A stretch of 64,000 nt of DNA. It comes from a virus (taxonomy: Duplodnaviria; Heunggongvirae; Uroviricota; Caudoviricetes). The position numbers and the translations under genes were made by a program. The notes under the pieces are model-generated. The model was given only the letters and a program-made list of their open reading frames with translations, searched no databases and was not told the DNA's origin. The DNA lies in IMG/VR virus record IMGVR_UViG_3300042900_000713, positions 39,886 to 103,885 of that record. One strand, 5' to 3'. Positions 43,473 to 52,670 of the stretch are shown piece after piece; position 1 is the first letter of the stretch; each line of letters begins with the position of its first letter.

Positions 43473-43658
43473 TCATTTTTCGCTTTCTTTGAGTAGTTTA
43501 ATTTTATCAAATTCTTTGGGATAAATCAAGATGCATACCTCTTTCAGTCTTTCTTCTGGATACTTATTAATACAAACTGTAATGTACGAGTTACATATAA
43601 ACTGAATAGTACCAACATAATCTTTATACTGAACCACAAGACCTTCATAAAATGTCAT
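43473..43658 (-). CDS. hypothetical protein 61 aa
   Basis: Minus ORF. Confidence 0.45.
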   Translation of the reverse strand: MTFYEGLVVQYKDYVGTIQFICNSYITVCINKYPEERLKEVCILIYPKEFDKIKLLKESEK

Positions 43659-44347
43659 TGAAACCTCTTTAGAACCTTATTGTTAATATCATAAAGACCA
43701 AGAGCGCCATCAGGAGAACCACACTCTGGATCCAATACAATAGAGTTTTCATTCATAAAAACTGTATGATAATGACCCGAAACAAGTACATAATCTTGTG
43801 TTCGGTTGTTCTTCCACCATTCAATTCTTTGCTTTTTTTCTCGCTGAATTGGACCGTAGAGCATTGTAGACTTTGTGGATCTATTCAATCTATCTTCATA
43901 TATTAGACAATAATCATCATACTCAGGAACTTCAATACGACTTGAAAAGTATGCGTGTGCAACTCGGTATTCTATTTGATTTTTATCCTGAAATACCACA
44001 CCATAAGGCATTGTATTAAGAAACTCATACAATTCTTCCAAAGAAATATTAGAGTTCTCAAAGTCATTTAGAGTTCTTTGAAGATCTTCACCAATAAAAA
44101 CGTTATTACCTTTTAAATGACGGAGTAATTTGTTTTGATGATTGGATTGAAGACAAATCGCAGAGTTATTCTCAATTTGTTCTTTGACCTGATTATATAC
44201 GGAAACGGAGTTAGTGTTTTCTACACGAGAATCAAATAGGTCTCCCAGAAACAATGGAGTTAAATTGTGATTAATACAATACTCCAGTGCAGATTTCAGT
44301 AAATGTGCCTGAGAATGCACATCACTGATTAATGCAAATGACTTCAT
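43655..44347 (-). CDS. calcineurin-like metallophosphoesterase (candidate RNA-end healing phosphatase)
   Basis: LISDVHSQ (DxH), FLGDLFD (GDxxD), LQSNHQ (GNH-like), VSGHYH; ATG after E36 terminator/TATAAT module. Confidence 0.7.
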   Translation of the reverse strand: MKSFALISDVHSQAHLLKSALEYCINHNLTPLFLGDLFDSRVENTNSVSVYNQVKEQIENNSAICLQSNHQNKLLRHLKGNNVFIGEDLQRTLNDFENSNISLEELYEFLNTMPYGVVFQDKNQIEYRVAHAYFSSRIEVPEYDDYCLIYEDRLNRSTKSTMLYGPIQREKKQRIEWWKNNRTQDYVLVSGHYHTVFMNENSIVLDPECGSPDGALGLYDINNKVLKRFQ

Positions 44348-44428
44348 TGAATTTTTCTTGGTTATGAAAACATTATACCATAAAAAAGAGGGTCTTGAGA
44401 ACCCTCTGTGTGCCAGTTTGAAAAGTGG
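44348..44428 (-). terminator. E36: box + intrinsic terminator hairpin + T6 overlapping extended -10 TGGTATAAT
   Basis: Minus: AACTGGCACACAGAGGGTTCTCAAGACCCTCTTTTTTATGGTATAATG. Confidence 0.65.
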
Positions 44429-44434
44429 TTTTAA

Positions 44435-45109
44435 TCAACGAAGTCCATATTTTTTGATATCTGCTTGTGCATCATCTCTTGCTTGAAGTTCTTTACCTTT
44501 TCTATATTCGCTACCAGATCCTGCTCTATTTTTTCTTGCTTGTGATGTTGAACGCTTACGCCATTCTGGTGTATCCACCATATTAGAAAGACTACGAAGA
44601 ATAATTTCTTTATCACCACCAAGTTTTTTTGCCTGTCTTTCAATTTTACCACGATTCATTTTTTTGAATCCCTCATCAAGAACTTCTTCACAAATACTCT
44701 CCTTCCAATCTTCACTCATATTCGCCATAATAGCAGTTGCTGACTCTTCAGTATCAGCATAACCTTCATCAAGAAGATGTGTGAGGATTAGGTCGTAGAG
44801 GTCTACTTCTTCTTTTCTAGTGTTCCCATGAATTGGTTCCAGTCCTCGTCTACGACGGGATTTATTACCAGCACCTCTGTCTCCAAAATCAGAATATCTT
44901 TCTCCTTTGCCACCTGTTGATTTTTTATCTCGTGGACGTTCATCGCGAACTCCAACATTAAAAGCAGTGGCACGATCTCTTGATGATACATATGGACTAT
45001 GTTGTTTTGCAATCATCTTGTCCTTACGAGGACCATCCATCATTGCCTCATCAAGTTCATAAACACCTTGATATGCGTCTAGAAGATCTAGAAATTCTCT
45101 TGCGTTCAT
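44435..45109 (-). CDS. basic Arg/Lys-rich protein 224 aa
   Basis: TATAAATA 19-26 nt upstream of ATG; shares EGYAD…MANMSEDW motif with 13697..14044; stop in E36 box. Confidence 0.55.
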   Translation of the reverse strand: MNAREFLDLLDAYQGVYELDEAMMDGPRKDKMIAKQHSPYVSSRDRATAFNVGVRDERPRDKKSTGGKGERYSDFGDRGAGNKSRRRRGLEPIHGNTRKEEVDLYDLILTHLLDEGYADTEESATAIMANMSEDWKESICEEVLDEGFKKMNRGKIERQAKKLGGDKEIILRSLSNMVDTPEWRKRSTSQARKNRAGSGSEYRKGKELQARDDAQADIKKYGLR

Positions 45110-45127
45110 TTTACAAATACGTTTTAG

Positions 45128-45135
45128 GTATTTAT
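45128..45135 (-). promoter_or_regulatory. late promoter motif TATAAATA
   Basis: ~20 nt upstream of the ATG of 44435..45109. Confidence 0.5.
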
Positions 45136-45166
45136 AAAAAAAAGAATCCTCTCTTTTTGAAGTGGA

Positions 45167-45580
45167 TCATCTATTTTTATTTAATCTTTCTACATGCTTT
45201 TTATTTAATCTTTCTACATGCTTTTTATGTCCCTCTTCATCTCTATAAATGTGTCTACCGGGAACTGTTAGGTTATATCCAAGTCTATCTTTTCCACCAT
45301 GCCATTTATCTTTTCTTAAAAATTTATCAGCATTTTGTTTAGCAAAAGTCCTTTTACCTTTTTCAGTTTTCTTTTCTTTAAATCCCTTTGATTTTTGTTG
45401 AGGTCCAATAACCTTAATTGCAGTTATCATATTACTAAATCTACTATCAGAGTCCCTTTCACCACGCTCTCTTTTAGCTTTATCTCTTGCAAGATGTCTC
45501 TTCATTTGAGATTGCATTTTAGGTTCATTCATTGGCTTAAATGCTTCAGCAATCATCATAAACTCCTGAAAGGTTTTCAT
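45167..45580 (-). CDS. basic protein 137 aa with tandem KKHVERLNK repeat
   Basis: TATAAATA ~30 nt upstream; 27-bp tandem duplication at the 3' end. Confidence 0.55.
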   Translation of the reverse strand: MKTFQEFMMIAEAFKPMNEPKMQSQMKRHLARDKAKRERGERDSDSRFSNMITAIKVIGPQQKSKGFKEKKTEKGKRTFAKQNADKFLRKDKWHGGKDRLGYNLTVPGRHIYRDEEGHKKHVERLNKKHVERLNKNR

Positions 45581-45610
45581 ATTAACAAATACTTTTTAGA
45601 TATTTATAAA

Positions 45611-45618
45611 TTTTAATC
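45611..45618 (-). promoter_or_regulatory. late promoter motif TATAAATA
   Basis: ~30 nt upstream of the ATG of 45167..45580. Confidence 0.5.
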
Positions 45619-45637
45619 ACTCAAATAGATTCCCATA

Positions 45638-46093
45638 TTATCCTCTAATAATAGTATCAAAACCCTCCTCGTTTGTTGGAAGTTCATATTCTTTTATCAT
45701 TCTCTCAAGGACTTCTGGTGGAATGACTTTACCTGGTCTTTGGGTATTTCTTTTGAGTGCTGTTTCTAATGATACCACAAAGTACACTGCTGTTTTTTTA
45801 TAAGTATCTGGAATATGCTTAAGTTTCTCACGTCTTTGCTTCTTGGTCAAATTTGTTTGATCCCAAATTATACTCTTACCATCTTCTATTGCTTGCCTAA
45901 GAACCTTCATCATAGCAATCTGTGCGAACCTTATGTTTCCTTTAAAAACAGTATTATAAGATTGCTGGCGTTCTTTTGCGACCTCTTGAAGAATGTCATC
46001 AGAAGAAACGCGAACATATTTTTTGTATTTTGGATCATTGGAGAAGGTTGATTTTCCTGCAGTAGGAATGCCAACAAGCATTATCAGTTCCAT
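45638..46093 (-). CDS. polynucleotide 5'-kinase (T4 PseT kinase-domain-like, P-loop)
   Basis: Walker A GIPTAGKST near the N-terminus; 151 aa; overlaps the RNA ligase gene by 10 nt. Confidence 0.7.
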   Translation of the reverse strand: MELIMLVGIPTAGKSTFSNDPKYKKYVRVSSDDILQEVAKERQQSYNTVFKGNIRFAQIAMMKVLRQAIEDGKSIIWDQTNLTKKQRREKLKHIPDTYKKTAVYFVVSLETALKRNTQRPGKVIPPEVLERMIKEYELPTNEEGFDTIIRG

Positions 46094-47244
46094 TTCAAGT
46101 TACCCCACATCCAACGAGCACTTTCAATTTTCGTTTGGGAACTCAAAGATTTTCCAATCATTTTTATCAATACCTCTTGAGAACCTTTACCCGCTTTCAT
46201 TTCATACATTATAGGAACATATTTAGTCAGCAAGATTTTCTGGACGAACTCAACAGCGAAGTCTTTCTTATCAGGATACTTTGTATTTCCAGTCACAAAG
46301 AGTTCCGCCAAATCACAGGCAACGTCTTCCAGACCCACCCAGAATGCCCTCTCAAAAGAGCGTAGGCGTTGAGCGTCCTCTGGTGTCAGCAGCGGCACCA
46401 AATCGTCTACAGAGTCGTCTAGGATGGTCTGAAGGACATTCTTCTCCTGACTGATGCTGTCTTTGGAGCGGTGGCGAAGCACATAATCATCTGCCTTGAT
46501 CTTAATCATATGACCAGAATCAAAACGAATTACCACACCCTCCAAGTCTTCCCATTTACGGATGTGTTCTACAATCTTGGTGATGTCTTTGTCATCACCA
46601 GCAATTGCTTTGACTATAGGAATATTCCATGATTCGGTATATCGCTTCATAATATCATAGGGAACATATTCACCAGTATTTAAATAACGAATGCCAGTCA
46701 GAATCAGTTGATCTTCAGGATAATCAATGACAATACGATTCTTACGAGAGCACCATTCAAAAATAGGAGTGGTTCCCTTTTGGATACATTTATTAATAAA
46801 GGTGGAATAGTGTGATTTATCAGAAATGAACGCTTCTGCTTGTTCAGAAATATCAGTAACACCTGCCTTGGTTGCGAGGAGGAAACCCTCTTTGGTGGAA
46901 ATATGACGAATCATGGATCCATCAAGTTTCTCTAGAACAACGTGAGGTTCATACAGATTGATTCTATTCAGTTGAGTTTCTTCCTTCTCACCAGCATTAA
47001 AGAATTTATTGTATGGTCTTGAAATAAGAACTCCATTATCATCAAAAATCAAACCACGACATTCCCGACGAACAGAAGAACCTACAGGGTCATTAGAGTC
47101 CCACTTAAAGGTTTCCTCAAGTGCGACCATATACTGAATTACGGTGTAACCTTCTTTCTCCATTACCCGGAACTCATCTCTACCTTCAATATGAGGAAGA
47201 ACGTCATGAATGGTTTTAATTTCTGGGAAGTCGTAATTCATCAT
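46084..47244 (-). CDS. rnlA: RNA ligase 1 (T4 RnlA-like)
   Basis: ECRGLIFD…, motif I EKLDGSM (KxDG), IFEWC; length 386 aa like T4 Rnl1 (374 aa); TATAAT after terminator hairpin upstream. Confidence 0.8.
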   Translation of the reverse strand: MMNYDFPEIKTIHDVLPHIEGRDEFRVMEKEGYTVIQYMVALEETFKWDSNDPVGSSVRRECRGLIFDDNGVLISRPYNKFFNAGEKEETQLNRINLYEPHVVLEKLDGSMIRHISTKEGFLLATKAGVTDISEQAEAFISDKSHYSTFINKCIQKGTTPIFEWCSRKNRIVIDYPEDQLILTGIRYLNTGEYVPYDIMKRYTESWNIPIVKAIAGDDKDITKIVEHIRKWEDLEGVVIRFDSGHMIKIKADDYVLRHRSKDSISQEKNVLQTILDDSVDDLVPLLTPEDAQRLRSFERAFWVGLEDVACDLAELFVTGNTKYPDKKDFAVEFVQKILLTKYVPIMYEMKAGKGSQEVLIKMIGKSLSSQTKIESARWMWGNLKWN

Positions 47245-47322
47245 TACTTTGATTTATAAGGTCATTATAGCAAAAAAGGAGGGCGTTGAAACCCTCCTTG
47301 TACCAGTTTAAAAATTGTCTAC
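47245..47322 (-). terminator. E37: terminator hairpin + T6 + TATAAT (degenerate box)
   Basis: Minus: GGAGGGTTTCAACGCCCTCCTTTTTTGCTATAATGACC. Confidence 0.65.
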
Positions 47323-47331
47323 TACAGAAGG

Positions 47332-47667
47332 TTATGGTGATGGAGTAGAATTTTGTTTTTTGTTTTTTACTGTTCGTGCAATTTGTTTTACAAGATCAAC
47401 AGTTCCTTTCACTGCTTGAGTTACATTACGTGATGTTTGTGCAGACTTTGCTTTAGCATTTTGTCTTTGATATTCTTTTCTTTTTTTGAGTGCTTCTGCT
47501 TTTTCTTGTTGTGCCCGAAATAGTTGAGATGTAATTTTTCTTTTAGTTTTTGATTTTTTTCTTGCTGCCCTAGTTAAATCTACGGATCTTTTTTCACGAG
47601 CATCTGATTCTGCCTTAGCAGTTGCAACATCTTCCATAAACACAGAAAAGGATTTCATAAGCACCAA
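47332..47667 (-). CDS. basic Lys-rich protein 111 aa (MKSFSVFMEDVA family)
   Basis: Paralogous N-terminus; intrinsic terminator downstream. Confidence 0.5.
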   Translation of the reverse strand: MVLMKSFSVFMEDVATAKAESDAREKRSVDLTRAARKKSKTKRKITSQLFRAQQEKAEALKKRKEYQRQNAKAKSAQTSRNVTQAVKGTVDLVKQIARTVKNKKQNSTPSP

Positions 47668-47909
47668 AAACTCTTCTAGTATTTATTTAAAGTTCTTCGT
47701 GATAAGGCATAAAGACATATTCTTCAGGTTCTTCACCCTCAACCACAAACTCTTCAAAAATTGCATGTGAGTCATCAAAGTGTTCTTTATTCACAAGATA
47801 TTGCATTCGGTTACAATAAAACTCTTCAATTTGGTAGATGCTCAAGTTGCGCTCTGCTTGTGTCATGTAAAATACTACTTCAAAATTTATACAGTTTGAT
47901 CGTGATTAA

Positions 47910-48146
47910 TTAAGTTGCAAATGCTTCCACCACACGAGATTCTTCATTTTCCACAAGAGCAAATTTTTCTGCTTTCACAATATATTCACGAAGTTTTGGG
48001 TAGTATTCTTCATACCCTTGATATTCATAATGATTAGAAATTAAGACAAAACACTCATCATCAGTTTCAGCAATAACATTCCATAGTCCCCCGTATTCCG
48101 AACAGGGAAAACTGATTGCGTGGTCAACGATATACAGATATTTCAT
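47910..48146 (-). CDS. hypothetical protein 78 aa
   Basis: Minus ORF. Confidence 0.45.
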   Translation of the reverse strand: MKYLYIVDHAISFPCSEYGGLWNVIAETDDECFVLISNHYEYQGYEEYYPKLREYIVKAEKFALVENEESRVVEAFAT

Positions 48147-48233
48147 TAGTTTGGGTAAATTACTCCTTAATTGTAGTAGAGTTTTGTGTTTTAGTCAAGA
48201 GTAGTTGGCGTTTAGTTTCTGTAGTCATTAATT

Positions 48234-48512
48234 TCAGTCTATAGTAGTAAAACGGTCACTCCAAAGAATGTAGAACCTTTCGCTAAGGTTCTGAAGCATG
48301 GTATATCGTTGAACGATTTCGCTGTCAATTGGAAGATCAACCATACCATAAGGACAAGCAAAATCAAAAGAAGTTGACGCTTGCATGAGAACTTCATTAA
48401 TCAGTTCGTGTTCGGCAAAGGTCAAGAGAACTTGAATGTCACCTTGAGCAATGTGAGAATCTTCGTTGGTGTCTTCAACAACCGGATAGTTGGGAGTAGG
48501 AAGAGAAATCAT
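48234..48512 (-). CDS. hypothetical protein 92 aa
   Basis: ATG after E38 TATAAT. Confidence 0.5.
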   Translation of the reverse strand: MISLPTPNYPVVEDTNEDSHIAQGDIQVLLTFAEHELINEVLMQASTSFDFACPYGMVDLPIDSEIVQRYTMLQNLSERFYILWSDRFTTID

Positions 48513-48590
48513 AATTTGATTTTGTTTACAAGGTTATTATAGAGTGTTTGAGTGAGAAGTGAGAGCATCCTTGTGCCAGTTTAGCAATCG
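48513..48590 (-). promoter_or_regulatory. cassette E38 (box + TATAAT)
   Basis: ccttgtgccagtttagcaatcgccac; 31-bp spacing. Confidence 0.55.
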
Positions 48591-48717
48591 CCACTCTCCA
48601 GGCAGGCACTGACATCCTGAATTTCCTTTGCCTTGCGCGTGAGTTCCTTAAGATGCAGTGAGAGGATGTTGAGATCGTCTTCTGTGCGTCCCATAAGAGC
48701 ATCATAGACTCTCTCAA
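48526..48717 (-). CDS. hypothetical protein; C-terminus read through cassette E38
   Basis: ORF continues through box and -10 until TAA in TATAATAA. Confidence 0.35.
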   Translation of the reverse strand: MRESMMLLWDAQKTISTSSHCILRNSRARQRKFRMSVPAWRVAIAKLAQGCSHFSLKHSIITL

Positions 48718-48789
48718 AGGCCGCTGCGGTTTGTAATGTGAGTTGTCTTTCCATTATTTGATATTATGTTAATGAAGGAATAAATTTTT

Positions 48790-49299
48790 TCATTTTTGAC
48801 GAACCTGTTCTACTTTAGTTTGGTTACCATCAAGATTATATTCTTTATTTAAATCTTTATTCCACACAGTTCCGTGAATAAAACCAACGCCACCAAAAAC
48901 AATAGCGGCGATCAGAATGGCGGCACCTCTTTTAACTTCATCTTCAGTGGCATCATCATTATCAGCGAAATCAGAAATGTTAAGTCCTACAATTTTCTGA
49001 GTCAACCAAGTTGCACCAGCACCATAAGCAGTCATAAGAATCAAAGGAGTAAAATACAAAAGAAGGGCTGAACCTCCAAGAAGTCCCATCAACCAAATAC
49101 CACCAGATCCACCACTAAAGTCTAGACTGCTTCCACCAGAATTTTCACGAATCTCACGGAGGTTGATGATTTGTTCTGCACCATAAACATTTTGAAGTTG
49201 TTCTTTTGCTCCACCAGAGGTGCTTGCACCAACTTCAATGTCAACATAACCAGATTTACTCCCAAGCCAGCATTTTGCCGTCCAACGTCGTGATGCCAT
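48790..49299 (-). CDS. Gly-rich membrane protein 169 aa (2-3 TM)
   Basis: Hydrophobic segments IWLMGLLGGSALLLYFTPLILM and AAILIAAIVFGGVGFI; ATG after E39 terminator/TATAAT. Confidence 0.55.
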   Translation of the reverse strand: MASRRWTAKCWLGSKSGYVDIEVGASTSGGAKEQLQNVYGAEQIINLREIRENSGGSSLDFSGGSGGIWLMGLLGGSALLLYFTPLILMTAYGAGATWLTQKIVGLNISDFADNDDATEDEVKRGAAILIAAIVFGGVGFIHGTVWNKDLNKEYNLDGNQTKVEQVRQK

Positions 49300-49384
49300 A
49301 ATAAGATTCCTTTGAGTTACTGTGTAATTATACTAAAAAAGGGTTGCTTGTGACAACCCCCTGTGACAGTTTTTAAATTGGCTC
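49300..49384 (-). terminator. E39: box variant + terminator hairpin + T6 + TATAAT
   Basis: Minus: GGGGGTTGTCACAAGCAACCCTTTTTTAGTATAATTAC. Confidence 0.6.
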
Positions 49385-49547
49385 AACCACCCCGTTCCTG
49401 AAGAGACCTTACCATCAATTTGGAAAATTTTTCCATTTGTTCAAAATGGACTGTTGCTGGATTATCGTTGATTGCTAGTTTAAGTGCGATTAGTTCTTCC
49501 CATTCTTCAGTACTTAATGGTTTAACATTAAATGTAGTAAATGTCAT
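49383..49547 (-). CDS. hypothetical protein 54 aa with late-type promoter
   Basis: TATAAATA 30 nt upstream of ATG; stop in E39 box; plus ORF 49420..49605 is a shadow. Confidence 0.4.
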   Translation of the reverse strand: MTFTTFNVKPLSTEEWEELIALKLAINDNPATVHFEQMEKFSKLMVRSLQERGG

Positions 49548-49577
49548 TTTATCTTATAAATTTGCACATTGTAACAG

Positions 49578-49585
49578 TATTTATA
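49578..49585 (-). promoter_or_regulatory. late promoter motif TATAAATA
   Basis: 30 nt upstream of the ATG of 49383..49547. Confidence 0.5.
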
Positions 49586-49628
49586 CAATTATGTTGGTTT
49601 GCTAACAATTTATTGTAAAACTCAATAA

Positions 49629-49853
49629 TTACATCTCACCAAAGAACGGACCAAAAGATCCGCTGCTGCCAAATTTACGACTATCTAATTTTTCTAGAAG
49701 GATTTGAGTTTTTTCAATGCTATCAACAGCATAAATTAGATCAGCAATTGATTTGATTACCAACGGACTCTCATTTCTTGAGGCAAAAGAAAGTGCATTT
49801 TTTAGATGACTTTGTGCTTCTAATAGTTCTTCTTTGACTTTTTCGGAAAGCAT
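49629..49853 (-). CDS. hypothetical protein 74 aa
   Basis: Minus ORF. Confidence 0.45.
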   Translation of the reverse strand: MLSEKVKEELLEAQSHLKNALSFASRNESPLVIKSIADLIYAVDSIEKTQILLEKLDSRKFGSSGSFGPFFGEM

Positions 49854-49874
49854 TTTAATCTCCAGTTAATAGTA

Positions 49875-50075
49875 TTAATTTAGTTTAGTTTGTGGATTAA
49901 GTAAAGTACGGCAATCCTCCTCTGGAAGCATACACATAGCGCAGGATGCAATTTGATAGACATCTTCTTTTGAAAGTCCGTCCAGTGTCATACAGGGTCC
50001 GTCTCCAAAGGCAATAGAAAAACTATAACCATCATCAGGGTGGCAGGAACCACAAGTTTGGATTTGTTTTTTCAT
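49875..50075 (-). CDS. Cys-rich small protein 66 aa
   Basis: CGSCHPDD…CAMC. Confidence 0.45.
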   Translation of the reverse strand: MKKQIQTCGSCHPDDGYSFSIAFGDGPCMTLDGLSKEDVYQIASCAMCMLPEEDCRTLLNPQTKLN

Positions 50076-50593
50076 TAAAACTCATTCATTCCAAGAGGTC
50101 CAGTTACTTTTTTAAGAAGAAAACTACCATCACCTCGATCTATCCATACTACCTCATCACCGGTTTTAAGATTTGCTTCCTCTAACAGGTCGTCAGGAAA
50201 TTGAATATAATAGTCATCCACACCATTTTCAATTTTTCGCTCAATAGGAAGACGCCACTTGACTACCTTATCTGGTTTAGGTTCTTCTGGAGATAGTTTA
50301 GAAAGATATTCCATATCACTATGTCCCCAGGGTGGCATACAATCATCAATTTCTTGTTGCTTGACTTTACTTACAGTTTCTTTCCAGGCATCTTTAAACT
50401 TTGTATCAAATTCTTGAAGATAATACTGAAGATACTCATCTACAGCATACATAAGAGTTTCTGTTTTCTTTAAATTATGATTCTCAAGAGCATCTATTGC
50501 ACTATCCAGAATCTCACGGGCACTACAGATTTTTGATGATACAGACTCAAGTTCGTTGAGTGAGTTCCACACCTTTTGATAATCAAGAGTCAT
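50075..50593 (-). CDS. hypothetical protein 172 aa
   Basis: Coupled. Confidence 0.55.
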   Translation of the reverse strand: MTLDYQKVWNSLNELESVSSKICSAREILDSAIDALENHNLKKTETLMYAVDEYLQYYLQEFDTKFKDAWKETVSKVKQQEIDDCMPPWGHSDMEYLSKLSPEEPKPDKVVKWRLPIERKIENGVDDYYIQFPDDLLEEANLKTGDEVVWIDRGDGSFLLKKVTGPLGMNEF

Positions 50594-50752
50594 TTTGATT
50601 TAGTCTGTTTTGGATTGCTTGTTGAATTATAACCTGGATTTCAGAAGAAGTAAAGTGATTCATAAATGCCCAAGTAGGGTCATTTTTATCCCAATCCATC
50701 GTATAAGACCCATCAGTATTTTGAGTAATTTTAAGAGAATCTATTTCTTGAG

Positions 50753-51001
50753 TCATTGATAACTTTCCATTACAATATCAATACGAGCATCTACTGCATT
50801 AATAGAATGTATGGTCTCACATAAAACATTTGTAGTCTCAATGTTCGCCTCCTCAAGGCATTTAATGTCCTCAAGAGCACCATTATACTTTTCTTCAAGA
50901 ACATTCATTCTTTCTTCAAGTTCTTGAATGATTTGATATAAACTAGGCGATGCATTTTCATTACCATAACGAGAAATCATATAATCATAAAAATTTTTCA
51001 T
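50753..51001 (-). CDS. coiled-coil protein ~82 aa
   Basis: Internal ATG (MKNFYDY) ATGA-coupled to 50998..51312. Confidence 0.45.
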   Translation of the reverse strand: MKNFYDYMISRYGNENASPSLYQIIQELEERMNVLEEKYNGALEDIKCLEEANIETTNVLCETIHSINAVDARIDIVMESYQ

Positions 51002-51312
51002 TTTGGTTTTTTGATTTGCTGAAAGGGAACATTGAGAGTATCTGCATAAGTAACCGGGCATTCTGACGTTGAACCGTAAGTAATAACCCATTTGTTCAGA
51101 AGTATTATAGCACATTCCTTGCGATATGCAAATGCTTGCTTGCGTTGGTCAAAGTACTCTTGTGATTTGAAAGGAAGGGTCTCTGCATCCTCAAGAAGTG
51201 AATACTCAATAGTGTTCACAAAGTTTAAGTAAGTTTCTTTAAGTTCTTCTGTTGGGTTTTTTACCAGACATTCAATAAGTTCTTCAATGTTCATTTTTTG
51301 GTTTTGTATCAA
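50998..51312 (-). CDS. hypothetical protein 104 aa
   Basis: Coupled. Confidence 0.5.
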   Translation of the reverse strand: MIQNQKMNIEELIECLVKNPTEELKETYLNFVNTIEYSLLEDAETLPFKSQEYFDQRKQAFAYRKECAIILLNKWVITYGSTSECPVTYADTLNVPFQQIKKPK

Positions 51313-51526
51313 ATACTTTATAAGAATCTTTCACTAATTTATATCGTTTGAGATATGAGTCGCAATGTTCCTTACAAACAAAAAAGCATCTTTTAAAATC
51401 CTTACCTTCCATAAACTCCAAAGTTACAGGAAAGCTTTCGTGAAAAGTTTCGGATAGGACTAATACACTTGCAGGAGATTTTAGAGTTGGATTTTTTTGA
51501 ATTTTTGTTGGTTGTTTTCGTTTCAA
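51284..51526 (-). CDS. Cys-containing protein 80 aa
   Basis: Minus ORF. Confidence 0.45.
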   Translation of the reverse strand: MKRKQPTKIQKNPTLKSPASVLVLSETFHESFPVTLEFMEGKDFKRCFFVCKEHCDSYLKRYKLVKDSYKVFDTKPKNEH

Positions 51527-51692
51527 TCAGTTTCCTCATAAAGTTGTTGAGATTTTTCGTAACCCATTCGATAAGCAGTTTTTAACCATTCCATCATAGA
51601 ATCTCGATTTTGTGTCTCATAGTCAGTCCAAAATCTTTCAGCACGGATGTGAAAACCTTCTTGTTCATAAAACCAATTTTCAAATTCATCTT

Positions 51693-51917
51693 TCATTGTT
51701 CAGTAAAAAGTTTCTTATAGTATTCATTGTACCTCATGTAAGAGGTAATGGAAGGTTTAAATCCTAAAGAGTTACAACACTCAATGTAAAGGTTAAAGTT
51801 GTACCAGGGAGTTGAATTGCACAATGCAGGGTAGTTTTTATTAGTGTACCCCATATTTTTTCGTAAGTCAATCATAAATTCTAACTTTTTTTTAGATAAA
51901 GTAAAAATTCTGTTCAA
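51693..51917 (-). CDS. hypothetical protein 74 aa
   Basis: Minus ORF. Confidence 0.45.
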   Translation of the reverse strand: MNRIFTLSKKKLEFMIDLRKNMGYTNKNYPALCNSTPWYNFNLYIECCNSLGFKPSITSYMRYNEYYKKLFTEQ

Positions 51918-52165
51918 TTAACCTTTGATAATTTGTCATTTAATTCTTTTTCAAGATCTTTTGCTATCCTGTCATATTTGAGATTCTGTGTCCAAGTGGT
52001 AATAAAGTTATTAGGATGAAATCTTACCATCCATAAAAATCTTACCATATTTATTTTCATCATTTTGACGACCAATAGAAAATAATCGACAACATTCTGG
52101 TCTGTAATCATTACATACAAAACAATTCCCAATACAAGAAGCAATCCGTAATTAAGTGAAAGCAT
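51914..52165 (-). CDS. small membrane protein 83 aa
   Basis: LLLVLGIVLYVMI hydrophobic. Confidence 0.4.
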   Translation of the reverse strand: MLSLNYGLLLVLGIVLYVMITDQNVVDYFLLVVKMMKINMVRFLWMVRFHPNNFITTWTQNLKYDRIAKDLEKELNDKLSKVN

Positions 52166-52238
52166 ATATCTGTTTATGATGTGAAAATATTTATTAATCT
52201 AAATGTAAATCACCGACTACTTTATTCAAATGGTGAAG

Positions 52239-52442
52239 TCATTTGTCAATCCTCCAGTGCTCATTACCTTCCCGTTGTATCCAAAAAAAATATTTCCTAT
52301 TTATTGAAGCAAGAAAAATCATATTACCATTTTCCTGCTCCACTTCGCAAGCGTGAAAAGATTGCATAATGTTTGAGAACCTGTTCTTTGCTTTGGAACT
52401 CAAAGGAGTCACATTTACAAATTTTTTCTTGGTCACAATCAT
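52239..52442 (-). CDS. hypothetical protein 67 aa
   Basis: Minus ORF. Confidence 0.4.
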   Translation of the reverse strand: MIVTKKKFVNVTPLSSKAKNRFSNIMQSFHACEVEQENGNMIFLASINRKYFFWIQREGNEHWRIDK

Positions 52443-52466
52443 TTGGTTGGTTGCTTTATGAGTATA

Positions 52467-52670
52467 TTATACAAGATTTTTGGGTTCTTTGGTGAACCTT
52501 GTGACACCTGTAGGATTGTCCTCACGGTGCTTCTTGATAAAAATGTTTGCCTGGCGAACCGTGCTCACATCTTCCAGTTGCTCACCATTGTAAATAATGA
52601 CAAATCTCTTTCCCCAAGGGACTGTTGCATACCCATCCTCAAGAATAAATCCTCCCGTCTTACTTGCCAT
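52467..52670 (-). CDS. hypothetical protein 67 aa
   Basis: Minus ORF. Confidence 0.45.
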   Translation of the reverse strand: MASKTGGFILEDGYATVPWGKRFVIIYNGEQLEDVSTVRQANIFIKKHREDNPTGVTRFTKEPKNLV

